Shown here one piece after another: positions 59,698 to 64,000 of a stretch of 64,000 nucleotides of DNA. Each line of letters opens with the position of its first letter. Position 1 is the first letter of the stretch. The notes below the pieces were generated by a model. The model worked only from the letters and a program-made list of their open reading frames with translations, was not told the DNA's origin and did not search any database. The stretch is from a bacterium (lineage in GTDB: Bacteria > UBA8248): contig OZ244799.1 in assembly GCA_965219955.1 (NCBI GenBank), forward strand, positions 1,408,001-1,472,000, written 5' to 3'. A program made the translations under genes and the position numbers.

Positions 59698-60804
59698 ATG
59701 AAACCCCGTATCCATTACTTCGTTGCCGCCGTCGCGGCGGTGGCTGTCTTCGCATCGGGCGCGCTCGTATCCGAAGCGATGATGAAAAACCAGAAAGATC
59801 TCGTGCGCGCGGCGAAAAAAGAGGGCGCCGTCACGATCATCAACCCCCTGTTCAGCGACCGCACCGCCAAGCGCATGGGCCCGGCTTTCGTCAAGCACTA
59901 CGGCCTCGGCAGCGGCTTCAAATTCCGTAACCTGCGCAAAGGCACCGGCGCCACCGTCTCCCAGGTTCGCCAGGAGATGCGGGCCAAGAAGTTCACCGTC
60001 GACGTACACGTGGTGAGCGCGCCCGGCTTCTTCGCCGCGGCCCAGAAACGCGGCGCGTACCACAAGCTCGACAGCGCCGAGTGGAACAAGCACTTCGCGG
60101 CGGTGATCAAGAAAGCCGGCCAGTACGCGAACTACCCCTACGTCGTGACGCCTCTGGCCTATACCTTCCAGCCGGTATGGAACAGCGCCTGCAAGGGCAT
60201 GGAAAAAATCAACGTGACGTCCTATGCCGACACCATCGCGAAGAACGTGATGGGCCAGACCATCGCCGGCGACATCACCAAGAGCTTCACCTACACCAAC
60301 ACCGTCATCTCGCTCATCGAGAACGGCATGGACATGAACAAGTACTGGGACGCCCTGAAAGCCACGAAGCCCGTCGTCATGTTCCGCACGGAGCCGAAGA
60401 TGCAGGCGCTCATTAACTGCGAGCGCGGCCTCGACCCCTGGAACATTACCGGCCGCGTATGGCAGAACGTCCTCAAGAAGCCCAGCCTCGCGAAAATCAT
60501 CAAGACCGGCTATTACAAAGAAGGCCAGGTCATGCTGGGCAACCAGGCGGCTGTCCTGAACGGCGCGCCGAACCCCAGCGCCGGCAAACTGCTGGTGGAA
60601 TTCCTGCTTACCAAGGCAGGCACCGACGTATACGTGGAAGGCGAGGCCGTCTACAGCTTCCGCGCCGGCTACCAGCCTCCCGCGGCCGTGCGTCCCTACC
60701 TTCTCGACTTGAGCAAGCATAAGCTGCTGGGTCTCAAGGACTGGGTGGGCGCGCAGAAGAAATTCAAGGCGACGCGCGCCGAATTCATCAAGCGCTTCAA
60801 GTAG
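59698..60804 (+). CDS. ABC transporter solute-binding protein, copy 2
   Basis: Same length as copy 1, offset by 1533 nt. Confidence 0.88.
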   Translation: MKPRIHYFVAAVAAVAVFASGALVSEAMMKNQKDLVRAAKKEGAVTIINPLFSDRTAKRMGPAFVKHYGLGSGFKFRNLRKGTGATVSQVRQEMRAKKFTVDVHVVSAPGFFAAAQKRGAYHKLDSAEWNKHFAAVIKKAGQYANYPYVVTPLAYTFQPVWNSACKGMEKINVTSYADTIAKNVMGQTIAGDITKSFTYTNTVISLIENGMDMNKYWDALKATKPVVMFRTEPKMQALINCERGLDPWNITGRVWQNVLKKPSLAKIIKTGYYKEGQVMLGNQAAVLNGAPNPSAGKLLVEFLLTKAGTDVYVEGEAVYSFRAGYQPPAAVRPYLLDLSKHKLLGLKDWVGAQKKFKATRAEFIKRFK

Positions 60805-61120
60805 GACGCTTCATCGATTGTTACCCGGAACGGGTGGGAGTCCACAACGGGCTCCCGCCCTACCGGTTTCTGTAATGAAGCGATGCAATTCGCAGCGCGC
60901 CATGCCGCGAGGGTTCAGCCGAGGTCGCCGCTCAGAAGCAGCGCGGCGGAGCCTTCGCGATGTAGCGCGCACCGAGCGTTTTTTACAAATAGAATACCCC
61001 CCGCGAATTGGAGCGACGGTTCGCGGGGTGTGTTGCTTTTAATAACGGCGTTTTTTATATTCATTGCCTCGTATTCCCGGACAAACTTGCGTTCGCAGGA
61101 AAGGTTGTATCGACTAGACT

Positions 61121-62869
61121 ATGGCTACGGACACCGCAGTACCCCAAATCGACGTCGCTCCCCCGCGCGGCTGGCGCACATGGTTCACGCAGGAGAACAT
61201 CATTACCACTGTCGTCGGCCTCATCGTGGCGGTGGCGGTCATCGTGCCCCTGGTCGCGCTCGTCATCAACAGCTTCCTGGTGCTCGACGACCTGGGCTTC
61301 GACACCGAATGGGGGCTCCAGAACTACAGGGATATATTCCAGGGCCGCGTCATCAAAAAAGCCCTCATCAATACCGCCATCATCAGCACGGGCTGCACCA
61401 TCCTGGCCACGCTCCTGGGCGTATCGCTCGCGTGGATCAACGCGAGAACGAACTGCCCGTTCAGGGAGAAGCTCGAGCCCTTCAACCTCATTCCCTTCTT
61501 CCTGAGTCCTTTCGTGGGCGCCATCGCCTGGCACAACCTGGCCTCTCCGAAAATCGGCCTGCTGAACAACATGGCGAAAAGTTTCTTCGGCATTGATTTT
61601 CCGCTTTTCAACGTCAACAACCTGTGGGGCGTCATCTGGGTGACGGGGATTTTCTTCGCTCCACTCGTCTACCTGTTCGTGGTGGGTTCGCTCAGGCGCA
61701 TGGACCCCTCTCTCGAGGACAGCGCCCGGACGACGGGAGCGGGGCTGTTGCGAACCACATTTACCATCACACTGCCCCTCGTGACGCCGGCGATTCTCTC
61801 GGGCGCCATCATCGTGTTCGTGACGACGGCCGGGGAGTTCGGCGTTCCCTTCAAGCTCTCAGCCCCCTTCGGCTGGGAGACGCTGACCACGCAGATTTTC
61901 ACGAAAGCGGTGGGAGACGACGCGAATCACTACCTGGGCGCCGCCATGAGCATGGTGGTGGGCGTGGTGACGGCGTTCTTCATCTGGATTCAGCACAGAA
62001 TCATCGCGCCCCGCTCGTATACGACGGTGACCGGCAAGGGTTTCAGGCCGAATCTCATCGACCTGGGCAACTGGAAGTGGCTCGCCTTCGCCTATAACAT
62101 ATTTTACGTGTGCGTCGCCGTGGTTCTTCCCATCATCTGCCTTTTCTTCGTGAGCCTCCACAAGATATGGTCGGGAAGAATCATCTGGTCGGAGCTCACT
62201 TTCTGGAACTACCAGAAGGTGCTCTTCTTCTGGTGGCCCGAGAGCATCGACGCGGCCACGAACGGCATCATCAACAGCTTCATCCTCGCGTTCGGCGGCG
62301 CTTCCATCGCCATGGTGGTGGCCATCATCGTGAGCTACATGATCCACCGCACCAAGGGCTTCGGCGCGCGAATGCTCGATTTCCTGAGCGTCATCCCCAT
62401 CGGTTTCCCCGGCATCGTGCTGGCGATGGGCGTTCTCGTCACTTATATCAAAACACCCATCTACGCCACGCTGTGGATTCTGCTGCTCGGCTACATCACG
62501 CGCTTTTTCCCGTACGGGCAGCGGAACATCTCCTCCATCATGATGGCCGTATCGGAAGAACTCGACCAGAGCTCGCGCATGGCGGGCGCTTCGTGGCTCA
62601 CCACGCTCAGAAGAATCACGATTCCGCTGCTCAAGCCGGGCATCTTCGCCGGGTGGATTCTGCTGTTCGTCATCTTCTTGAGGGAACTCTCCATCTCCAT
62701 CATACTGTATTCCGCCGGAACGGAGACGCTCTCCGTCGGCGTGTACTATCTCTCGAACTTCGAGAACGAACCCATGACGTCGGCCCTTTCCATCGCACAG
62801 ACGGTCGCGCTGCTGATCTGCGTCGTCATCTTCAGGAAAGTCGCCGGCAAAGAGGCGCTGACGGCGTAA
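61121..62869 (+). CDS. ABC transporter permease (FbpB-like, two TM modules)
   Basis: Two EAA-like loops (LEDSARTTGA, LDQSSRMAGA) and about 12 hydrophobic helices. Confidence 0.92.
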   Translation: MATDTAVPQIDVAPPRGWRTWFTQENIITTVVGLIVAVAVIVPLVALVINSFLVLDDLGFDTEWGLQNYRDIFQGRVIKKALINTAIISTGCTILATLLGVSLAWINARTNCPFREKLEPFNLIPFFLSPFVGAIAWHNLASPKIGLLNNMAKSFFGIDFPLFNVNNLWGVIWVTGIFFAPLVYLFVVGSLRRMDPSLEDSARTTGAGLLRTTFTITLPLVTPAILSGAIIVFVTTAGEFGVPFKLSAPFGWETLTTQIFTKAVGDDANHYLGAAMSMVVGVVTAFFIWIQHRIIAPRSYTTVTGKGFRPNLIDLGNWKWLAFAYNIFYVCVAVVLPIICLFFVSLHKIWSGRIIWSELTFWNYQKVLFFWWPESIDAATNGIINSFILAFGGASIAMVVAIIVSYMIHRTKGFGARMLDFLSVIPIGFPGIVLAMGVLVTYIKTPIYATLWILLLGYITRFFPYGQRNISSIMMAVSEELDQSSRMAGASWLTTLRRITIPLLKPGIFAGWILLFVIFLRELSISIILYSAGTETLSVGVYYLSNFENEPMTSALSIAQTVALLICVVIFRKVAGKEALTA

Positions 62870-62873
62870 GACG

Positions 62874-63971
62874 ATGAGTGAAAACAACTATCTCCAGGTC
62901 GACCATCTCGTTAAATACTTCGGCGACGACCGCGCCGTGGACGGCATTTCCTTCGGCATTCCGGAGGGGAAATTTCTCACCCTGCTCGGCCCTTCGGGCT
63001 GCGGGAAGACCACGACGCTCATGTGCATCGCCGGTCTCCACAAACCGGATGCCGGCGAGATTCGCATCGGTTCGGACCCGGTCACCTCGATAGAAAAACG
63101 CGTCAACACCGCGCCCGAGAAGCGAAACATCGGCATGGTGTTCCAAAGCTACGCCATCTGGCCGCACATGGACGTGACGCAGAACGTGGCCTACCCGCTC
63201 GAGATACGCAACATGGCGCAATCCGAAATCGACGACCGCGTCGCCGAGGCGCTCGAGATCGTCGGCCTCACCGACATGGCGGACAAAAACGCCACGCAGC
63301 TCTCGGGCGGCCAGCAGCAAAGGGCGGCCCTCGCGCGCGCGATGGTCTTCCGGCCGCGCCTTCTGCTCTTCGACGAGCCGCTCAGCAACCTCGATCTCAA
63401 GCTCAGGGAGCAGATGCGCGTCGAACTCAAGCGGATTCAGCACGAAATCGGCATCACCTCGATCTACGTGACGCACGACCAGGCGGAAGCCCTCGTGATG
63501 AGCGATGAGATTATCGTGATGAGCAAGGGGCACATCGAGCAATCGGGCGGCCCGCATAACATATACGCGCGGCCCGTCAACAGGTTCGTGAGCGATTTCA
63601 TCGGCGTGGCGAACCTGACCGAGGGCCGAATCGTCGGTAACGGCGGAGGGGGCGCCGGGGCTATCGAGATATCCCAGGGCGGTGAGAGCGTGCAACTGCC
63701 CTGCCTGCTCGCCGACGGCCTGACGGAGGGCGACGACGCCTATCTCTCCGTTCGCCCCGAGAACGTGGACGCCTCGCGCGAGCCCATGGACGGCCCCCGG
63801 ATCGAGGGCGAAGTGATTCAGTCCGTCTTTCTGGGCAACTGCCTCGACTGCCGGGTGAAGTGGGGAGAGTTCGAGTGGAAGGTGCTGGCGCATTCGAGAG
63901 AGCGCCTGCGCGTGGGCGAGAAGGTGTACGTGCGCCTCGACCCCGACCATACACTGGCCGTCAAGCCCTAG
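62874..63971 (+). CDS. ABC transporter ATP-binding protein (FbpC/PotA-like)
   Basis: GPSGCGKT, LSGGQQQR, DEPLSNLD, VTHDQ.EA and a TOBE tail. Confidence 0.95.
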   Translation: MSENNYLQVDHLVKYFGDDRAVDGISFGIPEGKFLTLLGPSGCGKTTTLMCIAGLHKPDAGEIRIGSDPVTSIEKRVNTAPEKRNIGMVFQSYAIWPHMDVTQNVAYPLEIRNMAQSEIDDRVAEALEIVGLTDMADKNATQLSGGQQQRAALARAMVFRPRLLLFDEPLSNLDLKLREQMRVELKRIQHEIGITSIYVTHDQAEALVMSDEIIVMSKGHIEQSGGPHNIYARPVNRFVSDFIGVANLTEGRIVGNGGGGAGAIEISQGGESVQLPCLLADGLTEGDDAYLSVRPENVDASREPMDGPRIEGEVIQSVFLGNCLDCRVKWGEFEWKVLAHSRERLRVGEKVYVRLDPDHTLAVKP

Positions 63972-64000
63972 GGGATAGATAGCGTGTCATTCGTCGAAAT

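Overview
This is a bacterial chromosomal window with mostly high-GC coding DNA and about 55 protein genes; I could not see any tRNA, rRNA or CRISPR array. Genes include comEC, cobB-hisS, ada, the rimP-nusA-infB-rbfA-truB-rpsO-pnp operon, an E1a/E1b/E2 2-oxoacid/acetoin dehydrogenase cluster, an orphan dam-type methylase, a UvrD helicase, miaB, HU, several catabolic enzymes and an ABC importer with a duplicated solute-binding gene. Five things stand out. (1) Two genes that the ORF track splits at an in-frame TGA look like selenoproteins: a DsbA/FrnE-like protein with UxxC and an AhpD/CMD-like protein with CxxU. Both have a candidate SECIS hairpin whose GGNC loop starts exactly 22 nt after the UGA. 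(2) A dense intergenic repeat system combines about five REP/REPIN-like palindrome families inside a shared terminal-inverted-repeat shell (GTTGAAAAA...TTTTTCAAC). It abuts toxin-antitoxin remnants and the orphan methylase. (3) A smooth low-GC valley free of these repeats is centred on the core translation operon. (4) That valley lies between an inverted pair of non-coding elements with helically phased GATAA repeats. (5) A 1.53-kb tandem duplication of the solute-binding gene shows signs of gene conversion. All calls come from reading the sequence; GC values are estimates by eye and no database search was run.
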